NCBI RefSeq assembly: GCF_018977255.1
Contig: NW_024704742.1
Coordinates: 75,580,001 to 75,644,000 of the forward strand
Origin: Callorhinchus milii
Lineage: Eukaryota
Direction of reading: 5' to 3'
Length of the DNA stretch: 64,000 nucleotides
In this document: positions 1 to 14,834 of the stretch, piece by piece
Position numbering within the stretch: position 1 is the stretch's first letter
How the letters are laid out: every line of letters starts with the position of its first letter
Made by a program: the position numbers and the translations under genes
The notes under the pieces: generated by a model
What the model saw: the letters and a program-made list of their open reading frames with translations, nothing else
Databases searched by the model: none
What the model was told of the DNA's origin: nothing

Positions 1-2012
1 GATTATTTTTAAACTTGCTGGGAAACAAAACTTCCAGCAACTTCCCAACTTGAACAGACTCTTTCCCTACAGAGAATGGAAAATTTTCTACAAAAAAAAC
101 CCTTTTCTTTAAAAAGAATACCAGGATTGTGAGGAGTCTAACATAAAGGTGGTCAGTCTTCAAGAGTAGATTTGCATTAACAATGAGTGACATGATCGGG
201 GTATCGTTATGAAAGACGAGACTACATTAATGCACTGAAGTATTCTAGACTAACTACAGTTCTGTTGACCATAGTCTATTCCACATTTTTGCCTCAATCT
301 ACACCTTAATTCAGCAAAAATGTTAAATGTAATTCAATCATGAGTCAAGGTACACAATCACAACTGGGTTTAGCGTAGTTTAAAGTAGTTATCTCCAGTT
401 TAGGATCTAGCACCAGCATAGACTCAATAGATTGAATAGCTCCTCCTATCCCATAATTTCTATGACTGATTTTATGATGGCTACAAAAGAGGCCAGCAAA
501 ATCAGAAAAACTTTTGGAGGAATTTATGTATTTACATGAGGACAATAACAGTCAGGGCCACAGATGCAATGTTTTCCCTACTTCCTGGCTCATTCAGTAA
601 CTATTTGTACACAAAGGTTGGTTTCAGAGCTAGCCGAAAAAACATACAGCTTTATTTGGGAATTTCAATGTTTGCGCTCATATTTCTGACATGTTGTCAT
701 CAAAGTTGACTTGAACAGAGAAGGACATTCTTTAAAATATTTATTTCTAAAGTCTAGGAGTTTTCTTTCCCATGGTCAATTGTATCTGAGAACCTGAAAG
801 CCTTACTAACATATCACAAAACCACCCACAGGATGCTCTTTCCTTCCCCCTTGAGTTTATAGAATGTTTGATACTGATAATATGTGCCAACAAATGCACC
901 AGACTGAGAAGCAGATGTGTTGTGGTTTGAATACAATGTTGTAGCATGTTTATCAATTAGCTCTGATTTGTGAGAACCAATGTGAAGCAATGAGGTCAAT
1001 ATTAATATAACATGTCATCAATATAACATTTCGTTTTGTTCAATATTTAATTCACTGCCACTTCTCTTCTAGGAATGCCTACCTTGAAGAAGTTCTGCTC
1101 TGCTCTTCTCTTCGACATGACTTTCATTCTTCCCTTTTACCTTGATCTCCTTCTTTGCTCTCTGTTTCCCTTCTTGTGTTTGATAATGTGTCCACTAAAA
1201 CCCGTTTTCACAGCCACATCTTTCCCCAGTAACTGTCTTAAACTGCAACTAATTTCATATGGATTCCATCTTAAATGTTTTGTCTAACATAACATCTGTG
1301 GCACTGGCCTTTACAATTTTATTTGCCGGCCTCAACTTGCACAGAGGTCTCATGGATTTAAATTCTGTGTAATTCTGTCAATAAAATTTGAAAATCACAG
1401 AATTTGTAGAAAATATATCACATGTATTTCAATAAATACACACAAAGTTCTTCAGACATCTTTTTTGGCGCAAAAAATTCCTTTTTATTGAGTAAAACCC
1501 TTATCTGGTCCTCATTAACAGATTGGGTTCAAAGTAGTGTTATTTTCCTATTCAAGCTTTATAAGTTCTGAGGTTTCAACACCAGCACTAATATACAATT
1601 AGTTGTGGTCTTGGTGTTAACAAGCAACTACTTAATATTCAAGGAGCCAGCCTGTCAGTTTGGGAATTGGGAACCTTTCACTTAAGCCAAACATTCTTTC
1701 ATTTCAGCTATTGCTGCTTTCAGACATCTGTCTCCTTCAGTGTCTGTGCAAAGCTAGAAGCTTGTTATTAGTGATTTGTTTTTAACTTTGCACAGAGGAG
1801 ACTCTATTCCCACTAGGTCACAGCTTTGACAAATCATTTGCAATGTCAGGAGTACTGAACCTCTTCGGACCAAGCTACTGTTGGTAACAGTTTCACTGCC
1901 CAAGTTTTAACATTCATGACAGGATGATGCCAGTTCTCAATTTGCTTAAGATTCTGGGAGACGGGAATATACTTAACCCTCTCCCAGAACTACCAATTTC
2001 AATCTGTTGGAG

Positions 2013-2357
2013 CAGGGAGTCCCAAACTTTCTGGGCTCAAGGCCCCCCATTATATGAGGCATTGTGCCTGGGAGTTCCCACCTACAGAGTTCCTGTAAGC
2101 AGCAATGTGGAAATGACATGGCAGATCATGGCCAGATGACAGATAAAAGTGACAGCCAGCACGGCATCCGGTCAGTGTGACTCCCACTGGAGGCAGGATG
2201 AAGAGCCCCGCCAATGAACTGTGAGGGCAACAGCGATGTCTTGTTTATATTGGAGAGCATTAAAAGCCACAGTTAATAGACGTCCCGCTACGCCTGATAT
2301 GTCTCCTGGTTCCGCGGCCCCCCCAGGCATCCATGGACCCCAGTTTGCGAACTAATG
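2013..2357. mobile_element. hAT-like MITE
   Basis: Degenerate terminal repeats cagggagtcccaaact / agtttgcgaactaatg. The 8-bp flanks tgttggag / tgctcgag match at 6 of 8. Confidence 0.5.
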
Positions 2358-2659
2358 TGCTCGAGCTTTCAGAAAGCATCTGCATGACTTTATACAGAAA
2401 AGACCAGAGCAAATATTTTCTTTCGATCTAACGCACCTGATCAAAATCCCTGTACAAACCTATATAATTCTATTTATGATATCAGTAGAGTTTTTTGTTG
2501 GAAATAGGAATGATAATTGGCCTCATATCCAGGTTGTGACTTTGTTTCAAAATGCTTAATAATCCCAATAGTAATAATTCTTACATTTCGTATAGTGTCA
2601 GGAGAATGTCCCAAAGTGCTCTGCAAGAATATAGTGTAAAGGTTTGCCCACAAAATATA

Positions 2660-3031
2660 TATAATAATAATCCTTGCATTTGATATAGGATCTTATCATG
2701 TCTTCAAGACGTCTCAAAGCACTTCACAGAATATACTGTGAAGTGAATTGACTGTATATTTTGTGGGCGTAACATGGCAGCCAATTGTGCACAACAGTGC
2801 CCCGCAAGCAGTCATGGATTGAGTGACCATATTATTATTTTTTTTGAAGGAATTATTATCTCCAGAAAAATGATCTGCCAATCGACTAACAACAGGGTTC
2901 CTACTTATACGGCTAGGTAAATAGAAGCATGTGGAGTAAGAAATCTTGTCCAACATTTTGCCCTGCTGGGAATCAAACCCAGGTGTCTAGCTTGCGAGGC
3001 AAGTGCTCTAAACACTGAGCTACACGACTCC
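2660..3031 (-). mobile_element. tRNA-derived SINE, long subfamily; an inverted 3' fragment follows at about 3040-3147
   Basis: Homologous to 24330-24696. Confidence 0.88.
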
Positions 3032-3149
3032 ACAGTTCTCCCACAAAATATACAGTCAATTCAGTTTACAGTATATTCTGTGAAGTGCTTTGAGACATCT
3101 CGAAGATGTGATAAGGCGCTATATCAAATGCAAGGATTATTATTATTAA

Positions 3150-3505
3150 AGTGCAATAACTGTGTGTTTTGTAGGAGAATGCAGCAGCCAAGTAAGAACA
3201 ACAGGGTCTTGCAAACAGCCATGAGGTGAGTGATCAATTTTATTTGGGCAATTGCTAGTCAGAACATCATGAGAAACTCCCTACTCTTTTTGAATATAGG
3301 ATCTTTAACGTCCACCTGAACATGCAGACGGGGCCTTGCTTTACTATCTCATCCAAAGGACAGCACCTCTGACAATGCAGCACAGCCGCAGAAATGCAAT
3401 GGAGTATCAGCTTGGACTATGTTGGTTCCAAGGCCCAATAGTAGGCTTGAACCCACAACCTTCTGTCTCAGTGGCGACACTACCACCAACCAAGCAAGGC
3501 TGACC
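3150..3505 (-). mobile_element. Older Deu-domain SINE (SacSINE1/AmnSINE1-like). Related copies at about 6170-6610, 23235-23590, 25900-26230, 45540-45760, 47260-47460, 49280-49560, 52900-53025 and 54880-54940
   Basis: The reverse complement contains GCTGCATTGTCAGAGGTGCTGTCCTTTGGATGAGA...CAGGTGGACGTTAAAGATCC, which I recognise as the Deu central domain. Family name is from memory. Confidence 0.7.
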
Positions 3506-4192
3506 TACAAGTCACTAGGAATCACTTGGACACTAATGGCTACAGTGAATACTTGTACAATACCCTTCTATGTGCTGGACATGTGGAACCGTTCTGAATG
3601 TCAAACAATTTGGTCTCCAACAAAAACATGTTGATTCTGCTGTGGTATCACTTTCCTCATAAAGCTCTCTTCACTTTTGCTGATGTAGATAGTGAGCATT
3701 GGCTTCTGAAGGTAACATCATGTCCAGACTCCACTCATTCACTAGCTGCTGGTCGGGTTGAATGACTGCCTCCAGCCTTGGGTAGCTCTTCTTTGTTGGG
3801 TAGCATCACTGCTAGGTGATAGAACAACAACAACTTGGATTTATATAGTGCCCTCCACTCCAGACTGCATCTCAGAGCATCTATTCTATTTATAGAATAG
3901 ATAGAAACTCCTTAATCTCACGAACTAGCCAGTCAGAGGGCCCCACACATGCCAGGATGCAAATTAATGCACTGCTTCCCACTTGCTGGAAGATTTTAGG
4001 GAAGACGTTACCTCTCCCAGACTATTTGAGCATTACTGAATCTGATGGAAAAAAAAGTTTTCAACATTTGGCTCCGGAAATTTCAGGTCAACTCAAGGAA
4101 GCAGAACTTAGGCACAGTGAGAATTGTGTTATCCTAACATATGGACCATGTGGGACAATATGCCAAATTGTGAGAGTCAAGATTCCTTAGAT

Positions 4193-4378
4193 CAATGGTG
4201 GCCAACCTTTTGAGTCGGCCAACAAAATAATTTTTCTTCACTGAATATTTTGTGATTTTTGCTATAAATCATGAAATATTCAATCAAGAAAAAACTGGAA
4301 ACCAAACAGACTAACCTAGAATGGTGCAAATCTCGGTGAGCCACTTCCTGACAGTCAAGCATGGGTTGCCCACCACTG
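4193..4378. mobile_element. hAT-like MITE
   Basis: Terminal inverted repeats caatggtggccaacc / ggttgcccaccactg. Flanks ccttagat / cttcagac resemble an NTCTAGAN target. Confidence 0.6.
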
Positions 4379-7300
4379 CTTCAGACATGATGCTAAATTC
4401 TGTCACTCACCATCTAACGACAACAACTGATCTAGCAACATTCAGGTAACATCTCAAAGGACAGCAGCTACATCCAACTGCGAATTTTGCAATTTCTATA
4501 AATCAACTAATTTTAATTCACCTCTGGCAAACAATTGATTTGATTACATGCAAAACAGTAATTTGCCTTTAACCAAATGCATCTAGAAAAATAGAACAGC
4601 ACCTTGGGACGTCCTCCTGACGTGAAAAGTGCTATCCGCATGTAATTTTGTATTGGATTGTATTATCAAAATTGATGGCTTCCCATATAAAAATGAAGAA
4701 AGGAAACCACTTTAAGAAACATATACTCCCTCCACTAACTGAATGCCATTTTATAGGTGTCAATTTAGTGATTATTCCATATTCATCACTTCAATGTTCC
4801 CACATGTGTTTGGAATTGGACCCAGACGGCGTTCTTAATGGTGAAATCCATGGAGCTGGGGCTGATACATTCGGCTTCCAGCTAATGGAGCTTGGTTTTC
4901 AACACCAGGTTATTGGGAAACCATCTTTTCTTTGTTTAGTAAAATGCTACTTTTACTATTGAAGTCAGCTTTCATTTTGATTTGGCATGGACTACTTGGA
5001 CCAATTGGCCTATCTGCATGCTGTAATAGTTAAACAGTGTATGTAATTTCTCCTGTAGGCATTCACCTACAAAACACAGTAAATATACAGTAATCCTGTG
5101 AATCACTTTGAGGCATCCTCTGTAAATGAAAGGGACTTTATCAAATGCATTTTTGTTTAAATTTAGTGCTATGTTCTATATGTTCTATAAATATTGAACA
5201 CACTATTAAATTAACCCTAGTTGCTTGGCTAGTGGAAGGCTGCTAACTTTAAAAGTTTATGAAAGACCTTGAAAGGTACTGTTAGTTCTGGCTCTGTAAA
5301 CTGAGCGCCAACTCAGATCAGGAATATAGAAGCTATACAAAAAAATAATAAAACACTTATTAATAACTGAATGAAAAAAATCACATGAAAGTATTCCACA
5401 CCCCAGAGTAATCCATGCTATGATTTGGGCTGCATTTTTTATTAATCCAAGGCCAGGACTTGCTATTACAAGATCAGTCTCATAAATAAAATAATTGGAA
5501 TGCTACCAGAAAGCAAAGGAGGGCTTGCGTGTTACTTCATGCAGATGTCAAGAATGTAGCAGAATGTAGCTTGGTGATACATAATCATAAAATAGTGACA
5601 AGTGTTGCAATTACTAAACTGGTATTTATTAATTTATTGCGATGTTGATCCATCAGCATACATGTTCCTATGTTAATATTTCTAAATGCTATTTTGCTAG
5701 TTAAAAAGAATAACAAAGGCAGATTATAGAGGTAATCAAAGTAGATATCGGTTTGAACAATTTAGTCACATTTAGTGCAATGTTTTAATTTGTAGCAGAA
5801 TGAAATCAAATATGCACGCTATGCCTTTTGTTGCCAAAATTGCATGAGCATACTTGTGAAAGACTTGGCATATAATCCAAGTTTGTTACTGCATTCAAAG
5901 GTTAGACATAATTAGTTGTTTGACTGAGAGACAAGTTGTAGAACACTATAACACTATGCCTGACCTATTTATACATTTTGTTATTGAATAACACTTATAT
6001 CTGAGCAGTTCAATAAGCAGTGCTATGGGAACGGAACAAAAGCAATTGAGGACATAGATGATGCTAGCAGAACACACCAGTATTATAATGTTTTAGAAAT
6101 CCTGAAGAAGGTTATTTCTTTATCATCTACAGTTGAGGTAGCTGAAACAGGCAATAATAATAATCCTAATAATCCCTACATTTGATATAGCACTTTTCGG
6201 GTAGAGAGGACATCTCAAAGCTCTTCACAATCCTGTGAAGCGCTTTGAGATGTCCTCCCTACTTGAAAAGTACTGTAAAGTGGAGTGATTGTGGGTTTTG
6301 TGGACAAAAACATCCACAAAATTTGCACACAACAATATCCCACAACCAACCATGATATGAATGATAGATTTTATTTGGGGGAATGTTGGCCAGGACATTG
6401 GAAGAAACTCTCTTCTCTTGTTTAGTAGTCCCATGGGATCTTTTAACATCCACCTGGACAGACAGACCTCAGTTTAACATTTCATTCAAAGGACAGCACC
6501 TCTAATAATATAGCACACCCTCAGCACTGCATTGGACTATGAGTTCATATCCTGACATGGGGCTTAAACCCACAACCACTGACTCAGACATGAGCTACCT
6601 ACCAAATGACACACTTGACGCTATCGCAATACATAAAATCACGAGGTAAGAGATAGATTATTTCAGGGTTTTTGTAGTCATTAACTCAATGCTGAACCTA
6701 CCCTTAGGACAGCTTGCTAGCAAATCATCATTTTAAAGAATGGGAAATTAACATTTCATTATGCTTTTCATAATGTCAACCATAACCTCCGTCATGCCAA
6801 GCCATGAACTATTAAGGAACATACATAGCAGGAACTGCACCTGCAACACACAATCAATTTGTTTATATGCTTTGATCGCTTTCAAATGTTTTGACGTGAA
6901 CAGACTATAAAAGTGCAAGTTCTTTATTTCAATGGTGTTCTTTCAACTTTCTGCTCAATAAAGGATGACAGACTCTAAAAGCATTCAGAGATTCAAATAA
7001 ATGTCCCTGAGGACGTTCAAATAAAACAGAAATATCAACTCGGCACTTCTTATTCATAAACTTTCAAATACTGTTGTGAATACGCAGCTGCTAGCATTCA
7101 TGTGCTTTCAGGCATCTCAGCAGGAACATGAAGAAGATCATTTGGTGAAGTTTTTATTTCCATCCGAGTGGATATATATATATATAAATGTGGGTTCACA
7201 AAAGAAAGAGTAAACTGTGTTAGTTACAGTGTGGCTTCACACATATCTCAATATGGAATACTATACTTGTTACATACAGAACAGGCTCGAATCAGATTAA

Positions 7301-8989
7301 ACAATGAATCTTTCTTTAATTACTAATGAATGCACTACTGTGGAAAGATATGTGCTTATAAATCTCCAAATACACTGAAATGGAAATCTATCTGATCAAA
7401 GCTTTTTGAGCCACATTCCAATCTGGTGCGGAGCAATGGACTCCTACTGATGTCTATTTAATTGAGAGAAGAGGATGTTATACTATTTTCTATCTAATTT
7501 TTGCTCTAGGTGGACAGTTTCACTGCTGTCTGATTGTCAGTGCGTGTGATATCCCGTAGAGATTTGCCTCATGATCATTGTTTTTTTCATTATGGGTTGC
7601 TGAAAAACGCCAGGCTTTTTTGTTCAACACTTATGTTCTACTCAGAATATCCTACAGTTAAAAAGTGCAATTCTCACCACTGGAAATCTCTCCCACACAT
7701 TATTGGCACAGAGTAGAATTTGTGAGGAAACTTCTGGAATTTGACACTTAAATCTCCTTGAAGAATACGTAAATGCGATCTTGAACATTCTGCAATTATT
7801 CCTTTCTTTTTCTAACCAAATTCCTCTCTCTTCCTGTCTTATTTTATACCATATTTGGTAGCATTTAATAGCAAATAAGAGCAATTCTTATAGAAAGATT
7901 GAAGATTTGTGATAAATGTAAAAGGTGAGTTTACCATGAGTGCCAGAGAATGAGCTGGAAAAGAATGAAAAATTTAAATTAACTTTATTGTGCCTGATCA
8001 TGTCAGGATGCCATCACAAGGCATAACTGTCAGGTGAATGTTCTTGCTGGCAAACGTCAGTTTACACTAACAAGCAGCCACAAACACATGCATGCCAAAT
8101 ATCTAATAAAATAATAATAATCTTTGCATTTGAAATTGCACCTTATCACATTGATGAAACATCTCAAAGCTTTTCACAACAAAAACAACTTGCATTTATA
8201 TAGCGTCCTTCATGCCGGACGGTTACTTGGAGCGCTTAAATAATTATCACGTCGTTGAGACGTCTCCAAGCATTTCACAGGATATACTATAAAGTGTAGT
8301 GACTGTGTGTTTCTCAGGGTTTAGTATAAAAAATAATTGTAGGCGAATGCAGAAACCTATTTGCACACAACAGTTATGATGTAAATGACCAATTTTATTT
8401 GGAAGATTGTTGGCCAGGATTGTTGGCTTGAACCCACAACCTTCATATCCAGAGTTAAGAATTGTACCAACAGAACCAGGTTAAGTTCTTTAACTGGAGG
8501 ATTGTTGGCCTTGACACCAGGATAAACGCTCCTTCACTCAAATTTCACTCCTCCACCAGATTACAGCAAATAAATTAATATTAAAACTAAAAATTTCTCT
8601 CGGTCATATTGTAAAATTAAAGAATGAACGCCTCAATTTCAAGGAAGGATCGTCAGCTAGAAAGCAAAGGAGAAATGCAAAACCACCCTTGGGGAAGGAA
8701 AAGCTTAAATGCCAAATGATTGCAAATTCTGTCCGTTTGATAATTATTCCTGGTGATAGTTATTGGCCAGTATTGAATATCAAATTGAATGCTTAAAACA
8801 TTGTAAATATACTCCATAATTTCATATCATTCTATCCAATATATTGCAGAGTCTTTAAAATCAAACACGTTCAAAGCTACAATCAGCCCCTCCCCCCCAC
8901 CCCCAGCCCGTGCTGATAGCCTATCTGCTACTGGAAGCGATTCCATTATGTCAGTATAATAAAGGACATTTTTCAAAGGTAATCTTGGA

Positions 8990-9470
8990 GGCCAAGGACA
9001 ACCCCAGGCTTCTCTTCTCCAACCAGCTCCACCGTTCATCATCCCAGCCTCGCCCATCCTCTCCTCCAACTCCATCTGCGAGGAGATGCTGGATTTCCTG
9101 GAGACCTCGAAGGATCCGTTCAGCCGCCTCCACCCTCCCAACCATCACCTCCTCCCCATCTCTCTCTCACACTCTGGCTCCTTCCCATCCCTCCCTCCAC
9201 ACCTTCAAACCTGTCTCCCCCTCCTCTCTCACCACCATTATAACCCGCATCAGTATCTTTGTCCCCACCCTCTGGAACTCCAACCCACATTCCCTTCACC
9301 TTGCTCCCTCCCTTGCCTCCTTCAAGGCACTCTTCAAGACCCTCTTCTTCAGCCCTCCACCCTCCCTGATCCCACTCCCGACCCATCCCCTGCTCGGGTC
9401 GTCTTACTGTTCAGGGACCTCTTCCCGATGTGAAAGGCGCTTTATAAATGTATTTTGTATTGTATTGTAT
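8990..9470 (+). mobile_element. L2 LINE fragments with 3' end
   Basis: C-rich ORF2 remnants (KDNPRLLFS; PTLWNSNPHSL..APSLASFK) and tail gatgtgaaaggcgctttataaatg(tattg)n. Confidence 0.8.
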
Positions 9471-12400
9471 TTGTGTATTAATTATATAGTTGTGAAAATG
9501 TTGGTATTTCACAAGTATCACACTAAGGTGATGAAAGCCAACAATAACAATATGCATTTATACAGCGTCCCTCACACACAAATGCATCTTGGAGCCCATA
9601 CAATGGTGGGGTTGGATGCTAAGCATGGCAGAAAGGAGAGTGGAAGGTGACTGGTTCCAGATTTACTCTAGTTACTTAGGTGTCAGCCTGAGTTAGTTGG
9701 AAACACTCTCACTTATGAGTTAAACATGAGAACATAAGAATTTGCCAGGTGAAAGAAGACGACGGTCCATCCAGTTCGCCTTCCACCATCCTGGCAGTTA
9801 TATGGCACAGCATGAACCAAAGCACTGACTGGTCAGTTAGATATTAAACATCTCATAGCACAATTCAGAAGGAAAAAGTAGTTTCTCCTAATTGGTCATT
9901 TGTTTCATGGTTGTTTCCAGGTCATTTCTTTGTATAAATGCAAATTTGTTGCTGTATTTCCCTACAAAACACACAGTCACTACACTTTACATTAAATTCT
10001 GTAAAGTGCTTTGAGACATCCTCCCAATGTGAATGGCACTGCATCAAATGCAAGGATTACTATTATTTTAGAATGTCCAGAATTTGACAAAATGTTTAGT
10101 TCTTAAACGAACTTACACAGAAACACCAATTTCAAAAGTAAGTTCTTTAAAAAAATGTTTTAAATCTACCACCAAGTGCTATATCAAATGAAATTATTAT
10201 TATTAATTTTAAGATTTGCAGAACATACCATGCTATACATCATGTGCAATCAATCAAGTTTAGGCAAATCTGTATTTATATCAAAATAATTTTGTTCATA
10301 TTGAAAATGTAACCCAGAACATGCTGACTGCATTAAAATACATTGACTGCTTAAATTGCTTCAAACATTGTGATATGAATTAACATATCTGACATAGTTT
10401 GCTATGGTACAGTCTGACCTAGGCCTCATTCAATTTGAAACAAAACCAGTGGTGGGTCCATCCAGCAGCTGAATTCATCAACATTATCACAGTGTGAAAA
10501 TCCACTTCACAGCATCAGCCAACAGGCACCTCATGTAGCTGCTTTCTTTCCTATCAATGCAGAGGCAGATATTGTACAATGAATTGCTATGGACACCAGG
10601 AATGTAAACTGTTTGACCAATGAATCTTAGTTTAAGGTCTCTGCTTTTAGAATGCGTGCCAATTTCTGTTCATTTTATCTCCTCCTCTGGTCCTACCCAT
10701 GCCATATACGCCAAGTTCATGCTCAAATACAGACATAGGCAGGAACCAGCATGCTCCCGACCTGAAAGGCACTACAGTAAAACTCGCATTAGTCTGATTT
10801 GTATAAATCATGTAATCCCCTAAGTTGTACATCTGCCCAAGTCCTGTTCAAAGTTTATATTCTATGCAAGTTTGTCATAACTCATACTTTGTGAATGCCA
10901 TATTCAATGTATGGTCCCAATTGAGATGACTTATGCATGGTTTACTGTATATCACATGCAAGGATTATTATTATTTCAGAGCATCCACAATTTGGCTCTT
11001 TGTAAAACGTTTTGTAAAAAGTTAAGGCTGAATTCACAATGCCAGAGGATTTTGCACTATTCTTTTCTTTTCCTGCACAGTTCGTAAAATGGTTGCCATA
11101 TGAAAAATAGAAGTATATTACATGTGCAGCTGAAAATAAATGCCCATTTCCTATTCAAATACACAACAGAAGAATATTAGTATAGCATCACAGGAGAGTA
11201 CAACAATACAGTTGTAGAGTGCACTATAGTACTATATAAGAGTCGACAAAAATACATTAGATAATTGTATCATAATACTACAGTGTATAGTTCAGTAGTA
11301 CAGTAGACAATATTATGGTATTATAGTTGTATTACAGATAATACTACAATAGTACAATAGACAATAGATAATAGTAGATAGGAGTAAAGAACAATAACAA
11401 CTTGCGTTCATATAGCACCCCTGACGAGAGGAAGCATATGGGAGCCCTCTATTGCAGTACCGTTGGGAAGAAAGAAGTAAAGAGATTGACATAGAGAATG
11501 CAAGTCAAGAACACAAGTATACAGAGAGATTTAAGTGAAATTCAAAACACAGAGATAAACACTGTGGGTCAATACATCTTGTCTTGTGATCTAGGATATT
11601 TGGGTTGTGATAAAGGATGCCATAGGATACCATGACATTTTGAGGGATTCCACACAATCATTCTTTCATTCAATACACAAGCAATAGCTTCACTATGTGG
11701 AAGTAACAATGTTAAGTGCTTTGGGGATAATATATCTCAGTGCATTTGTGGGACACTGCTGTTCACAATTGGCTGCCGCATTTCGCCCACAAATATACAG
11801 TCAATTCACTTTACAGTCTATTCTATGAAGCGCTTTGAGACATCTAGAAGACGTGAAAAGCGCTATATCAAATGCTAGGAGTGTTATTATTATAATATTA
11901 TTACTTCTCAAATAATGCATTCAGAAATTACCCAAACTAATAACTTCTTGCTGTTAATTTTCAGGTTTTGGATATTTCTGAGTTTTTTTATTCAGAATGC
12001 TCAGAAGACTTTGGATGAGCCGTTTTATTTCCTATGGATCCAGCAACACAAAAGTGCTTTTGGAGCCAATAATCTGGGAGTTCAACAAGGATATAATGCT
12101 AGCTGTATTTTCATGCTGAACGTGTGTATGTTTTGTTGCAAAGAAAACTTGTCGAGGCAGAGCCCATAAATTCTTTTAGAAGAGAATTAGTTGAATGTTT
12201 GAATAACGAATGGGGACAAGCAAGAGAATGGGATTACATCAAGTGGTTTATGTGGAGAAAAATACCAGCACTGACATGATGGGCCGAACATTCTGTTTAT
12301 CTGCTCTGACAATTATAAATGCTTGTTAATAGTAGTGTGTTAATCGTGTTAAAGAATGTTTTAAAATCGATTTTGCATGTTTTGTCATATTCCAATGTCA

Positions 12401-12929
12401 AAGAATGTTCAGCAGCAAACTCCCGTTTCCCTTCTGAAATCTTTGTTTAATAAAGCCAGTGTAGCGATTTATTTTTGTGCATCAAAAGCCACTGTTACCA
12501 TCTGTTTGAATTCCTTTCTCATAAACACAAATCGTTCATCATGATGACAGCAGATGCCACATTTTTATTAAGGTCAAATGCAATCTTCATTACATTTGAA
12601 AATAAACACATAAATGTGTATTGTTGCAGTACTGTCATGGGTTTTATTAATGTGACTGATTTACAGTAATGCCACAGAAATGTACACACCAGCCTCATTT
12701 TGGGATACTTGCCTTGAATCCAGTTCAGTGTCAGATGCACATTTTGTATAACTATAGGAACCTAGGGTGCATTGTCCAGGGATATATCTCCATATTGATA
12801 TTAAGTACAGTTTGTGTTAACTTATTTCAACTATATTTCTGTATAGTTTGCACGTGTCATAATTAATAACCGCAGTACATCTAGAATACATAATGCACAT
12901 CCAATGCATTGCAAGGATATTTCCTTTAG

Positions 12930-14834
12930 ACTCTGTTAGCCATATGAAGTGGCATCTTCTGTCTCTATGAGGTGACACTCTCTATGATGTAATTATCTCT
13001 TTCCACGATGTAACAGTCTTCTTGTCTTCATCAAGTAACGTTGTCTCTCTATGATTACTCTCTCTCTATGAAGTGGCAGTCTTATTTCTTTGTCAAGTAA
13101 CAGTCTCTCTCACTGGTGTGAAAGTCTCTATGAAGTAACAGTCTTGTTATGGTATAATAGTCCCTTTCTATAATGCAACAGTCTCTTTCTCACTATATTG
13201 TTAAAGACTCCCCCTATGAAGTCACTCACTGTTTATGAAATAAATATCAGTCTCTAGCTCTCTGTAATTTCTCTGTCTTTCGATGAACTTCACAGTCTGA
13301 ACTGAGTCTTCATGAAGTAACTCACTGAAGGAGTTGAGGTTCTCTCTTTTTGGACAAAAACTCTGTATGAGGCGAGTTACTGATCAGTTTCTGGAGGCTT
13401 AAATTACTAAGGAAATAGAGAAAACCAGGTAGAATTTCTATGAGTTTCTCTCCACAATGGGAGTTCCTCTCCAACTCTCTGAAATTAGTTTGTATGAATT
13501 TTCTCTGAGGCGATATTTTCTCTCCATGAGATTACTCTCTGTGAAGTGGCTAAGAGGTGACTCAAAAAGGTGAATTTCTGTTAACTAACACTCCATCTCC
13601 CTCTCACTCTTGAGCATGTGACTTTTCTTAGTGAGCAGGTATGTGGTTAATATCTATATGTTCACACAGGCTATTTCTCAGATGAGTTTTTGAGGTAATT
13701 CGCTCTCTCGCTATGAAGTGACTATAAAGTGAGTCTTGCTATGAAGTAATGCTCTTTATGAAGAAATTCTCTCCATGAAATGACTTTATGAAGCAAATGT
13801 TTCTATCTTGAAGATAACTGACAATGAGTTGGGTCTCTCTCCATAAGGTGAGTAAAACTGACTTGTTTATCTCCACGGGTTAACTCTCAATCTCTCCGTG
13901 AGTTGGCTGTCTCTATGATTTTACTGTCTCTGAGTTTACTCTCACGCTCCCTCTGGGAGTTCACTCTAATGTTCTCTCAAGGGGTTGACTCTAAGTTACC
14001 TCTCATTCTTTGTATGAGCCTCTATTAGTTGACTCTCTCTATGAGTGACTCTCATTCTCTCTGAGTTGATTCTCTATGAGTAGGACCTTGCTTTGTGAAT
14101 GAGCTAACTCTCTCACTCTCTCCAGGACTTGTCTTTCTCTATGAGCTCACTCTTTATGAGTTGACTTGCTCTGTCTAAGAGTTGTCTCTCTCTTTGTCAT
14201 TGACTCACTCTCTAAGCGTTGATTCTCGATGAGTTGACTCTCAGTCTCTTAATGAGTTAACTCTCTCTATTAGTTAACTCTCTCAATGAGTTGACTGTCT
14301 CAATGAGTTGACTCAGTTTCCTTAAGTACTGACTCTCTCACTCTCTCAATGTGTCAATTCTCTGCGTTGACTTTCTCAATGTGCTGACATGCTCAGTCTC
14401 TCTAAGACTTGAATTTCTCACTCTCTCGATCAGTTAACTCTGAGTTGTTTCTCTATCTATATATAAACTGTATAAGAGGTGATAGACTCCACATACTCTA
14501 TGTGTTGACATATTTGGTTCTCTCTATCCATACACAAGGGATGACACTCTGTGTGCTTTCCCTGGGATTAAGCTCCCAGTTAGTTCTCCATATATAAACT
14601 GTCTAAGAGGTGATAGAGTTTACACATGCTATGTGTTGACTGATTTGGTTCTCTCTAAACTGTGTAAGAGGCGACACTGTATATACTCTCTGAGTTAGTT
14701 CTCTAACTATTTAAACTGTATTAGAGATGATCCACTCTACAGTTTCTCTGGGATGACTGACTGGGTTAGTTCTCCACATACAGTATAAGGTGTGTAAGAG
14801 GTGATACAGTGATTGCTATTCTCTGTGATTGCAT
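12930..14834. repeat. Degenerate low-complexity tandem array (CTCTCTATGA/GAGTTGACT core), with longer repeated units at about 14440-14830
   Basis: Recurrent ctctctatga(a)gt and gagttgactctc. The motif aaactgtataagaggtgata recurs with variation at about 14465, 14596, 14657 and 14712. Confidence 0.7.

Noticed and set aside
1075..1200. Purine-rich exon-like block on the minus strand with AG/GT signals
   Set aside because: No similarity to IGFBP7 exon 2 (PSIVTPPKDIWNVTG...) or to any protein I recognise.
8910..9650. 246 aa Ser/Pro-rich ORF
   Set aside because: It is made of fused L2 fragments and a tail microsatellite.
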